Shown piece after piece: positions 1-11,824 of a stretch of DNA of 64,000 bases; the first letter of the stretch is position 1; the number at the start of each line of letters is the position of its first letter. The notes beneath the pieces are model-generated. The model ran no database searches. It worked only from the letters and a program-made list of their open reading frames with translations, and was not told the DNA's origin. The stretch is from contig CM120643.1 of assembly GCA_051362555.1 (NCBI GenBank), forward strand, positions 10,912,001 to 10,976,000. Direction: 5' to 3'. The position numbers and the translations under genes are program-made. The DNA is from Lingula anatina (taxonomy: Eukaryota > Animalia > Brachiopoda).

Positions 1-20
1 CCTGTAGAAAAAGAGAGAAT
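1..20 (-). other. Probable 3' splice acceptor of a minus-strand gene whose exon continues off the left edge
   Basis: Reverse complement reads TTCTCTCTTTTTCTACAG|G: polypyrimidine tract plus YAG|G. Only one exon base is inside the window. Confidence 0.45.
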
Positions 21-350
21 ACTATACAGTAATACACGAAATTTCGAAGTCTGTGTAAAGAATTCATTTCGAAATCTAAATGAAGTCCGCTACTGAGAGT
101 AAGGAACAAAATACAGATGCTATATCAGTTTCTTTTTCAGTATTGCCAAAAACTATTATCGCCACGAAAAAGAGCGGATGCATGCATATGGTCTTTGTAT
201 AATAAATAACATGGCATCCCAATGTTGGCATAATTTTGTGAGACTTTAATTCAAACTAGTGTTTGCTGCGAGAATTAGGGAGTGGAAAACATATCCAATT
301 ACCTACTGGTTATGACAGGTAAGCTGTTAAGGGTTAATAAACTACCGGAG

Positions 351-465
351 GCTGAGCGTGCACGAAAGTTAATTACCCCCTAGCTGATTCGGTAGGCGTG
401 ACAGCCGCTTAAGTTGATAGCAATTTAGCGTGGATCCTGTTGGATCGATCTAGGGATGGGAACCC
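351..465. mobile_element. Partial copy (right part) of the palindromic MITE family also at 25063 and 40185
   Basis: GCTGAGCGTGCAC..AGTTAATTACCCCCT..GTAGGCG.GACAG.CGCTTAAG matches the interior of the 40185 element. The end CTAGGGATGGGAACCC is the near reverse complement of GGGTTCCCATACCTAG at 25063. Confidence 0.7.
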
Positions 466-1936
466 GGCCAAATAATATATAATGTATAATATATAATGTA
501 TAATGGGAAATCTATTTACTGTCTGTACACATATCTTTTATCGCAACATTAATAAGAGGATTCTCTTTTTGCATTCGATCTATCAGCGATTACAAGCGGT
601 AGCAGCCGAAGCATTCCGATTGCCCAAATGTCAAAGTCAGATGAAAGAAGCAAAATTTAATTTGAATATTTAAAAACGTATGAAATAAGTTAAAAGTTAC
701 TTGCTCCGACAATGTTGTTTTTCACAAGCAAGTGACTGCACCCTGGAACACGTGCAAATTGTTCATATGGTGCAAAGAGTAGGCCTTTATGGTAACAAAT
801 GCTACAGTTCTAATATTGCATACTATATATCTGATTTGAGGTTAGGATCCGGACTGCATGATGACGTCATCCCGGACACCACCAGCGGTAGGGTGCCAAA
901 AATAGCCAAGGTTTCTATCGAATGGGTGTTCGAATGTTTGCATAATTGCGCCTACCAATCTGTACGTTATGAAATATCAGGGCTTATCGTCACGTATTCT
1001 AACACTTGTGCAGCCTAAAGTGCTGAGTGGGCCTACATGTATATAGTATAAGTTCATACATGTCACATCCCTGAGTTACTACTGAAATCCCTTGTATTAT
1101 GCCAATGTCTGTGTGTTGCTTATCGGGAAGCGTTGATTCCCCACAGAATGACCCAGGTCTTGCTAATGTCGCGTTACATATCTACTTTGAATAATACATA
1201 AAATACTCTCTAATTTGTTTTAATAAAATGATACGTTCACGGCGTTGATACGTTTCGCAATGTAAACAAAGTACAACCCATACTAGCGCTACAGAAGACT
1301 TTTTGTAATATAATATACATTTGTATTCATCGTGCAGGTACTGCTCACATAGGCCTATTAGGGCACGCATGGTTCATATAAAACATCTTGCACATGCACG
1401 TTTACATGTACCTATATGTTAGAACAACCCCATGTACACGTAGGAGATGTTATCACTGCGTTTATGTATAGGTAATAACGGGTGATACATGTACCACACA
1501 CACACAGTAATAGGCGCTACTCTATGGTTCTTATCCATTTTGACTCGCAGCTAAACAGCAGGCTTAATGGCAAATATCCTTTGACCCAAATTCGGAAGAT
1601 AGGCCTAATACTTAAAGAGGTGACCCGCAACCGTCGCCTAAGGTTATCAGTAGCCTACTTGTACACTGAATTTTCATTATCCGACTCAATCTTGTTTGAT
1701 CACATTATTTCTTTCGCCACCAGTTTACCTCTTTTTGAAAGTGTGAATCGATTGCTTATAAAATTACAGAACATTAGAGTTTATAATTGGTTTTATCCAC
1801 TGTATTTAAAGTATTTATACATTGTGTTGCCAAAACATGACCGGGATATCTCCCCCTTGAGAGTTAATTCTGTCAATTGAGACACCATGACATTATTTTA
1901 ACATCATTAACGCACAGGTTTTGTAATTGGAAATCG

Positions 1937-2212
1937 TAGAAATTCACATTTTAGGAAGAACTAGGGCCTACATGTAAGCTGTTAGTCCCTTTTGCTTTCA
2001 TACATTGTACACGTCATTTTATTTCTTCACCATGAATCTGTTATATTTGAACTAAACCCGGGATGTTTGGTTAATATTTAGAAATTCACATCTAAGGAAA
2101 AACTAGGGCCTAAGCTGTGCTGCTAATCGGTTTTGCTTCCATACACTGTCATTTCATTTCTTCACCATGAATCTGTAATATTTGAACCAACCGACGGGAT
2201 GTTTGGTTAATA
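1937..2212. repeat. Diverged tandem duplication, 2 copies of about 140 bp (1937-2078, 2079-2212)
   Basis: Both units start TAGAAATTCACAT, contain ACTAGGGCCTA and TTTCTTCACCATGAATCTGT, and end CGGGATGTTTGGTTAATA. Confidence 0.85.
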
Positions 2213-2707
2213 CTCTGTATGAGGAAGTTCGTGTCACCAAGCACGTATGCCCTGTACGCTACATGTGGCGCAAGGGGAAGATTAACATATGTTAATATTG
2301 GGCTCAATTAAACCATTATAATCCAGTAGTAAGGCTTACAACATAATGAACTAAAGGTCGTTCTGGGTGAGATCTCTGGACAAGCTGAACAGCCCAATAT
2401 GATGCTTAGTAGTTGAGGGAGAGAATGTTTTCAAAGAAGTGTAAATGGCCCAAGCATTCTAAATTAGCATTTTATCAACTACTGTTGTTTGCCTAGCTGC
2501 GATATTCAGAAATGAAAAACAGTTTTATTTGAAACCGATGTTTATGTTCAGACATTGTGTGTGTGTATGCTTTCTGCATCACCTCTGCAAATACACATAC
2601 AAATCAATGGTTTTTGACCAAATCAATGGTTTGTGTGCAACGATAAAGAGAAGGCAACATATAACTTTGAAGCAGTCGTTCAATACTTGGTGAATACTTA
2701 TAATCAT

Positions 2708-3035
2708 AAACCGCGTCACTCTCGTAATGTACAGCTCATACATTATTCATATGCCGGTGATATATACCACCTCAGGCCCCCGAAGTTTTGCGTGCTATAA
2801 AATGTCTGAGTATCATCTGAATAACAAATGTGAATACTCCATTTTTAATGTGAATAACTCGTCAAACTCAGCGCTATAAGTCTGAAAGGTACTTTTCTGT
2901 CGACTGTTTTCCCAAAAGGTGAAGAAGAATACTCAGTAGAAGGAAGGGATGGCTTCGTTTGTTTAAAGCTGCCTTCAAAGGCCATGAAATTATCAAACAT
3001 ATATAACGAGTTCATTATATGCAGTCACGCGGTTT
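2708..3035. mobile_element. Degenerate inverted-repeat element (MITE-like remnant)
   Basis: AAACCGCGTCACT..TAATG at the left versus CATTATATGCAGTCACGCGGTTT at the right; no clear TSD. Confidence 0.4.
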
Positions 3036-4133
3036 GGTTTGACGACGCGCCGCTCCGAGGGTTTAGTCAGAATGTGTGTAGACACAACTATTCTTTCTCG
3101 TATGAAAAATATGACCGAAGAAATGTGTTATGAAAACCGCGACAATTTTTCCCCTGAGAATAGAACAATAAGCCGTTTTTCATGACATTAAGAGATCCGG
3201 CTTAAATGTTTTATTAAGTCGTATTTCGTGCCATCTTATATCAGCCTTTTTTTTCAAGGAGGGCTGGGGTATTTCCTTCTTTTTCAAACAAAATGGCGGA
3301 TCACCATTTATTCACCCCCTGTACCTCTGCACATGTAATTAGGCGAGGAAACACACACGTCATTTTTCAGGTACGTTGACATTTCCAATTTGCACCCTCA
3401 GTGTAGATATTTCCTGTTCAATGTACCTTTCCCCACCTCCTCATAGAACAGAAAGCATCTATCTCTATTGCTCTTATTGTCTAGCCACATGTTGATATGT
3501 GCCAAATTGCACGATTTTGTTCAGAGATTTCCGGGTATTTGAGTCTTTTCTCTCTATAAAACAGCAAGCGACTGTGCCGCTCCTATAGGAAACTACAAAA
3601 GGTAGGGGAAGGGGTTGAGTAACACTTCAGAACCAAGGGCGCATGTTTAGCACTTCAAAATGGACCGCAAAAGGAAAACGCATATATTTTGCTTGTGAGC
3701 ATGCGTTGTTCCATACCCTTCAATAGTTTCCAAAACTCTTTAAAGTAGCATACCCGGCGAATGGCAAGCGTTTGGTAAAAGTGAAGAGAGTTGGTGCTTT
3801 AATTGCTAATACAAAAATACGCCGTAAACATTTAGATTAATTGAGGAATATTTTAGGTTCTAGGTTCAATATGTTCTAGGTTCTATGCAAAACATATGTA
3901 CTGTATGCTGCTGCCACCAAAGGCATGTTTTGAAACAAATTGTTTCAAGCAAATGCAAGAAAAAAGCATTACGCAGAGATGACGAGTGAATGAAGATCAT
4001 ATGCGTCTTTGTCCGTATAAGGTTTTTATGAATAGATTATATGTATTTGTGCAAATGTAGTGACTTTCGAAAATATCATGGCAGTTTTTCAGAATTTCCT
4101 CTTCTTGATTGACCGTCAGCAAAAATATGTTAA

Positions 4134-4513
4134 AGGGATAATAACTCTTCGTATGAGATCTATATTTCACAATAAAAACATTGTGAATAACTCATAGAGA
4201 TATAATATATTCTGTTTTACCACAAAAACGCCAGTTAAAGCTATTATTCTGATATCTGAGCTTGTCTTTAGACCACGTGTCCTCCATTGATGGCTATACT
4301 CTGTTAAAATCTCTTAAGAGATGTTATGAAAGCCGCGACAATTTCAAGAGATTTAAACAAAAACCAAACTTTTTAGAAAAAAAAAAACAAAAAAAAAACA
4401 GGGACTAACTTTAAATGTAAAAATGGATTTATTAACCATTGGTGAGTATGGGAAAATTGTTGTTTACTCCAGGAAAATTCATTTTTTGGTCTAAAGGAAG
4501 AGTTATTATCCCT
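4134..4513. mobile_element. Non-autonomous DNA transposon with TTAA TSD (Kolobok-like)
   Basis: Perfect 17-bp TIR AGGGATAATAACTCTTC / GAAGAGTTATTATCCCT flanked on both sides by TTAA (4130-4133, 4514-4517). RR..YY termini with TTAA TSD fit Kolobok rather than piggyBac. Confidence 0.8.
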
Positions 4514-6557
4514 TTAAGGTAGTTTATGGTGTTTAGCGCGTGTATGTTTATGGATTTTATTGCGTGTATTTAACTGACCCCAAGAAAGAATAGCACGTGA
4601 CAAAGATATACATACGAATAGAAGAAAGGCTTTGGTTGACCTTCCATCTGTATATTTTACATTGAATAATAATACTAGCGGTCTTTACACGATACTAAAT
4701 TAACAAAATAAAAAAAATTATCTACATATTATGTTTTAAATGAAATCTTCTTTAGCGGAGATATTCTCATACCTGCGACGCTGCTTGCGTCACTACTCAC
4801 GTCACTAGCACAAGCACGTGACAAAAATAGACACATCCGGTTTAAATCTACATGCTCATACGGTGTATGTGGATTCGTTAAAAAGGAAAATTGCCTTCAT
4901 CAAGGTAAGGATTCAATTTAATATCCAAGTTCCCGTTTTCATGATTACATGATGAGTACATAATTCTGAACTTCATTCTGTGAATTGGCCCAAATGTCAA
5001 AATTATATTACTGTTTAGTTTGAACTATTTATATTACAAAATATGTTTATTAAATAAAATGTGGCATGGCACACAGCTGGTATTTACACATGGGCTAAAT
5101 AAATGATAAAGGATAAATATTAACCAAGAATAAATATGCAAGTGTTAAATGATTCATAATATAATAATCAATAAAAAGTGAAGATCATTGATGGTATATG
5201 GTTTCAGTAACAGAATAAAATAAGAATAAACATTATATATTCAATTTACATATGTTCAGCGAAATATAATAACTCTTCTAAAGTTTTTTAATTAAGTTAA
5301 TCCATTTTTATTATGTATATACATTTTGATATACATAATCATATTTTAATATATAATCCTCTTCTCTTTGAACATTCAGTTATTTTTACACTATGAATGT
5401 AAACCATGGTCATAATTCTTTGTAAATCGATTATTATTTTTAAGTGAGAAATGATAAAGTACACGTAGTATATTGCCACGGACAGAAAGAACCATTATAA
5501 AAAAAAACACTTTACTAACACAATGATAAAAGATTATCAAAAAAATAATCAATCGATAATGAACAAATAAATGAAAAATAACAATCTTATCAAATATTTA
5601 GAAATATGAATCGATAATCAAAATGAAAAAAAAAAATCACACGATCAGATAAGCACAGCACTGCACTACGACAAAAGTGAAGTATATACGTGTACGTGTA
5701 CATATAACCTGTCATTCTGCTCATATATGTTACACAGGACCCGGTGCACCTCTGCAAACAACTGTTGTGTATTGCTTTAAGAATTTGATTCACTTGCATT
5801 ACTTGAAAACCGTTTATTTGTCATTGCTATAGACAGCTAAGTCAAAGGTTTTGTGGAAATTTTCACAGTCAACTTTGACTTAGTACATGTATTTATATCT
5901 GTAATTTCGAAATATTCCATCATTTTAGCAAGAGTGTAACAACACTAGGGACGATGCGTGATTGCAATGCAACCAAACACATATAACATTGACCAACGCT
6001 ACAACACGTCAGTTTCACATGGTGTATTGGATATAGAGTTAACATGTATATATACACGTACATATCTGACAAGCTGTCCGAGGAAACCTCAACAGCTGCA
6101 TAAACAAGCCATCAGCTGTGCAAATCGCACGTGTTCAACGTGTTGTTACAATATACTGGTACCAAGCTTCAGCAAACATTGAACGTTCTGTTGCCTGTAA
6201 CTATATAATGTACTGGAGACCGAGCTATATGGCATGGAATACTAGAATATGTGGAAATGCCAGTTTGATGGTCACAATTAATTACAAATTGCTCATGTTG
6301 GCACCGCAATGAAAATAACTAAAAGTACATTCACTGTTTAGTCAACAGAATCAGTACATATTATTTTTTGTGCTTTCAAGGGGTTTCTTATCTTTTCGAT
6401 GGTTGGTAAAACACGCACACAAACACACACACACACACACATACAGACACACACAGTGATGACTTTGTATAAAATCTTGTGACATTTAAACACACTCTTC
6501 TTTGGTGACAAACAATTTCCGGTGCGGCTGTACGGTATACGGGTGGCTCTGAACTGT

Positions 6558-6560
<3 letters not shown>

Positions 6561-6628
<68 letters not shown>
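6561..6628. repeat. (TA)n microsatellite; a (CA)n tract lies at about 6410-6455
   Basis: Directly visible. Confidence 0.95.
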
Positions 6629-6629
<1 letters not shown>

Positions 6630-7352
6630 CATTGTCGTGTCAGAAATATAAATATACATATTCCAGCACTGAAAAAATTTGGTCGTATGGGTGTGTGTTT
6701 GAATATGCCAAAAATGAAGTAATTTAGTTACTACTCTACTTTAAAGAAAATTGCGTGCTCTATATCTGTAGCATTTCTGCTTACTGCTACGTGTGAACAT
6801 TGGACGTATTCAGAGAGTGTTATAATCTGAGTGCTAATAATCACATATTTAAAGAAGCAACAACCGCGACATTATGCCATTGTGTTTTACCACCATTATG
6901 CAGCTCTGATATGCCACAATTGTCAATGAGGATCATAGTTTTATATTGGAATATAACATATTAATGTTTCATATCTGTTAAAACAATGGTGGTGTATGTA
7001 TATGCTACGCGCCATGTCATGCTCTATGGAATATTCTAGTACAAAAGCATTTAAGTTCTTGATAATCCACTGGATAATGTGATCTTATTGAAAGCTTGGT
7101 CCTATTATAGTGTTTGGTTTTGAGTAAGATACGTGTATCTATCAATGTAAGACAGGCACAATCATTGGAATGAATATTTTCAGATGTTCAATGATACTAG
7201 TGGGCATGCATTTGTGTAATGTCGAGGGACATGGAAATAAGTAATCAGCTTGATTAAACATAGACTACTGCAGGTTACAATTCACCACTGTGTCCGTTTC
7301 TGGATTCGGACACACATGCAGTAGTTGGCAGAATTTTTAAATGCAGTTATTA

Positions 7353-8047
7353 AGGAAATTGTCACCCTTCGCCCAAAACTCTTTATTTACTGCCTTACAT
7401 ACATTATTTTAGGTAATGAATAAATCTTCAGTGTTCACGCCGTGACTAAATCAAGTAACATTTACACATATGTCATCTCACGCGTGACGTCATAATTGCG
7501 ATTTTGGGGTAAAAACTGAAAAAATCGGTTTCTCAAATTTCTCTTTTACCTGAGCACCCATGATCACCGTTTTAACGCCGATTTAATGACACCATTTGGA
7601 ACTCTAATACCCTGTCAGCGAATTTTCTTAAAAGTCTTAGTTCAGATTTTGTCGTTGATAAAGCAAAATAATTCCTTTGTTTAATGAAAATCTGTAAATA
7701 CGGGCTTCTTACTCCATAACAAAAGCATTTAAATCAATACGCTGGCACGGCATTTTAGCTCATACACTTGCTGTCCACTATGCCAATGTTCGTGATTAAA
7801 TCTTTTTTAGGAATGAATTTACGCCCCATAAGAACTGCTATCTCGCCTCAAAATAGAAAGGTGTTAAATAGACGATTAAAGTTTTGAGTTGCCTATGCTT
7901 ATACATTGCAACGAAAAAATATAAACGCCGATATTTTATATTTTCGAGAGTTTTTTATTGTTTTAAATCAGATTGATGCATGACTGAACAATTAGATGCA
8001 GGAAAAAGTCATTTTCGATATCTGATAATAAAGGGAAACAATATCCT
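7353..8047. mobile_element. Older Kolobok-like non-autonomous element, about 700 bp
   Basis: Left TTA-AGGAAATTGTCACCCTT versus right AAGGGAAACAATATCCT-TTAG: imperfect TIR and degenerate TTAA flanks. Confidence 0.5.
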
Positions 8048-10430
8048 TTAGGTAAAACCATTTAGAAACTTCGTAAATATCGTTTTTGCATTTTGTGAAT
8101 ATTCATTCTTGTTAATTAAAATGTAAGAGATATATCGACACATGTATTAATGTTTGTAGAAAATTGACAATAAATGAAATGTCAATAACCTGTAGATATG
8201 ATCTCAGTGGACATGCTTTAGCACTTAGTGAATACAGTTGAGTGCTATGTTTTTTTCTCTTTTGTAATACTAAAGGAATTAAAGAGGTGTGTGGTGTCAA
8301 TAGAAATGCTCAATATATCGATATAATATGGTCAGGTATATAATACAGAATAGCTTATTATAATCCTAATATTTACTATACCGTGGGCCAGGTATACATG
8401 CCAAAATCATAACAACAAGTTTGTGTAATGGGAAATAAAATAAGCTTCTCTAGTCGATTTAATTAGGATTGTAACTATTTGCCACCGTCTCTGAAAAAAC
8501 ATGCCTTTCGTTTGACGTCTCTCTTTGTTGGTCTTCCTGCCGAGAACATGATATGTTTGAAATATATACATACATGCATATTATCATTTGGCTGAGTTTG
8601 AACCAATCGAGTAAAACTTTGGAGGTACCGGAAACCAATTTGGCCATCAAGTAATTGTTACACTCATTAAGTACCCGGATGCAAGCAGTGCGGTCTAGAA
8701 CACCCGTATTAAAATTGCAGCGATGTGCGAATTAGTTTATGATCGTTTTGTGGCAACACATTCTTTTCCTTGAATAAGTAAAGTAATTAGTGATCTACTT
8801 TATATAACGTATATTACGTCAAATTTTCTACTTTGTCTTGGAGTAGAATATGTGCTTTTCGTTTGAAAACTGCTTGAGGTCATTCCACTCTGGGAGATTT
8901 TTATATCTAGTTAAAACAATGAATGATACATATAAAATATGTGTACATGTATTATACATGTACGATTTTTGACTTTGACTGAGATCGATATGCTGTTTTG
9001 CAGACCTCAGAAAATTTAAATTCTGTATTCTTTCATTTGGTCGGCAAAAACATATTGACCGAAAGCAAAAGACAATACTTGCTTTATTCAAATAATCTAA
9101 TTTAAATATAATTTTCTGTAAAATAACAGGAAAAGTTGTATCATCGCTACAATCCGATAGTTTGATATATGCTTCTCTCTGATTGGTCAAAATAGCGTGG
9201 TGATAACTGGTGATTATATTATCGTTGATATTATTTTTTATCAGACCTCATGTTTCCGGATAAAAATCCATAATCTACAGTTGGTATGCTTATACAGCGC
9301 AGGGGAATTTGGGTGTTAAATTTTCTCTTTTAATCTTCGCAATTTTCTATTCTCTTCGATTTCAAAGGATATAACTTGGTTAAAAGAGAAAATTGCTTAA
9401 ATTAGCAGGCAAACTCGTTTTTTTTTTACTACGCAAAGATTAAACGCATTGCATTGCTGCAAATTGTGATAACAAGATACTGGTGTGGATAAAATCAATG
9501 GATTTCAAGCTTATCATCAACTGAAAAAAAAAAAACATTATATGAGATATCATGTGACAGGTTGTGTAAATGCAAAATTAAGGATTCGATTTGGAATAGG
9601 CCATTTGCCTGCGACAAAGGCGTTCAAATTATAACATTTTAATTTTAATTTAGAAATTCATTAAATCTGTTACTAAGATTAGAACATAACACAAGGCGCT
9701 GTATGTTAAAGTCAGTGTATGATGAAAAATTAAATTCCTGCACTGTTTTAATATCTTAAATTACTTAGCATCGCATACAGTGCGTCATGAATTTGTAGTC
9801 TTTGAAGAATGCTTTCATTTAAGCCGAGAACATTAAATTACTGCCAACCAATATAAGCCAATTAACATAAGATTTATCATAAGATTATATTGTTTTGCTT
9901 CTGTGTTTTGAATGACACGAATGATCACTCTAGCAGCTATTCCATAACAGTTTTTTTCAGAAACCAATTTAGCCATTTGCTGAATAAAGAAAATGATGAC
10001 ATGCAAAACAATACATAAATTATTCAGTTAATGAATAAACAATCAAACAAAAGAATAAAAAAACGCACAGACATGAATAGTTAGATAAAAGAAAGAAAGA
10101 AAGAAAACTATTCAAAAAAGAGCAAGAATTGAGACACTAGTGGCATATAATTAAGTTTATTTCAAATATCTAAACAAAATAAATCAAAACAAGAAAAATG
10201 TTACGATTAAAAATAGATAAATGAATAAAAAAGAAAGATTGTTATCAAAATTATTTAAAAAAAACGCGATAGAAAACTCTTGTAAACGGGACAAACAAAA
10301 CTTTTAACAACGTCTTAATTGTGAATATATATAAGTATTTCGTAATGCATGTCGGCGATATCAACACCATTTTCTTCTAACAACAAGCTACCCGGTAGTT
10401 ACAATGATGTGGCCTTGATCACATGATGCA

Positions 10431-10558
10431 GATAACACCGCGCCGTGTGAATTAACGCACTAACACTTCAATAACAAACTTCAATAAAAAAACATCCTGA
10501 GAAACAGGTGTCAAACAGTTGTTTCCGTGTGAGTTAATTCACACGACGCGGTGTTATC
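10431..10558. mobile_element. Short inverted-repeat element (30-bp arms)
   Basis: GATAACACCGCGCCGTGTGAATTAACGCAC (10431-10460) pairs with 10529-10558 at 28/30 positions. Confidence 0.7.
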
Positions 10559-11775
10559 GGCACATTTGTAAAAGTTGGGTTATTTTTTTCAGGTTAAGGA
10601 ACATCTAAGCTTGTGAATTTACTCGTATACATGAACGGAATAATACAAGAAACTTCCTTTATGGAATTTAAAAGGATATGGGGCATTTAAAAAATTTTAG
10701 GTTAGAAGTAGACTACAAAGATAACTGAATCATAGAGCCTATAATATTAAAATTGGCTTGCTGCGGGCCTGCGGTGGACTGTAATATAAAGTGTGCAGTG
10801 TATTATTCATTGGAGGTTAACCTAAATAAGCGCAGAGGTCAAAGGTGAGGGAGAGGACACGTCAAGCAGAGTTTGCACTGATGAATCATAGCCGGCTTTT
10901 GTGTACTCTATCACACCTACTGATAAGCACGCAGTTGGATTTGAACCGGTACATATCATTCTGATACCGTATCCCGCGTCTTTTGGCTTCTTAGTAACTA
11001 CCGAAGTATTAAATAGACATACGGCCACTAACTAGAGAAAGGGTTGTGTGCGTAGGCATTCGAGTTGCTGACTTGTGTCTGTGCTCTTTATACATGTATG
11101 TGTCCGGAGAACTAGCTACACAATGGATAAAAGGACTGCATTACATGAACAGCCTGCTGTCTTTGAAAAAGCGTGCAACAAGCCATTAAAGAGACGCAGT
11201 CAAACATCTACGTGGCTCGGGAAATATAATGTCATATATAATAATAATAACGCAATTTGTACATATTTTAATGCTCGATAAAGATTTTATATAGCACAAA
11301 CTACCTCATAGCTCTTACTGCATTGAATTTTATTGTAACGTAAAGTAGCTAAGGTTGGTATATTTTTTCTAATTCATGACCCGTATTGCTTAAAAATATC
11401 CTCTATGCTTGTGGCGGGGGGAGGCTGGGGGTGCAAGTTGCCTTAAAGGCGTGTCATGCTGTATCTGTACCCAGTCTTTTATCAGTTTATAACTTCGTTT
11501 TGTTTAACATGGGCCAGACTTAGAACTTTGACCCAGTCTAAAATTCTTGACATATTTTTTGCTTGCGTAGCCACCCAAAGCCATCTCACAATGACATGTG
11601 AAGCCTGTGCGTTGCTAAGTAACGGTTCACAACGAGACCCCAAGGCAGGCATGTTCCACTTCTGGTTCAGATTAATCTTATATTTCACTCGTGAAATAAG
11701 ACAGATTTAAAAGTATCAATAGTATCTTTATTTTTACAAATAGGACCGGAGGCCTACTTACAGAAATTAAGTCAC

Positions 11776-11779
<4 letters not shown>

Positions 11780-11822
<43 letters not shown>
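11780..11822. repeat. (TAA)n microsatellite
   Basis: Directly visible. Confidence 0.95.

Positions 11823-11824
<2 letters not shown>

Noticed and set aside
701-1880. ORFs of 105 and 132 aa
   Set aside because: Non-ATG starts, no domain features, and lengths compatible with chance.
10930-11030. tRNA gene suggested by GGTTCAAATCC
   Set aside because: No cloverleaf or properly spaced A box could be built.
11235-11325. Possible LINE/SINE 3' tail (AAT repeats, TTTATATAGCAC)
   Set aside because: Too short and degenerate to call without a library search.
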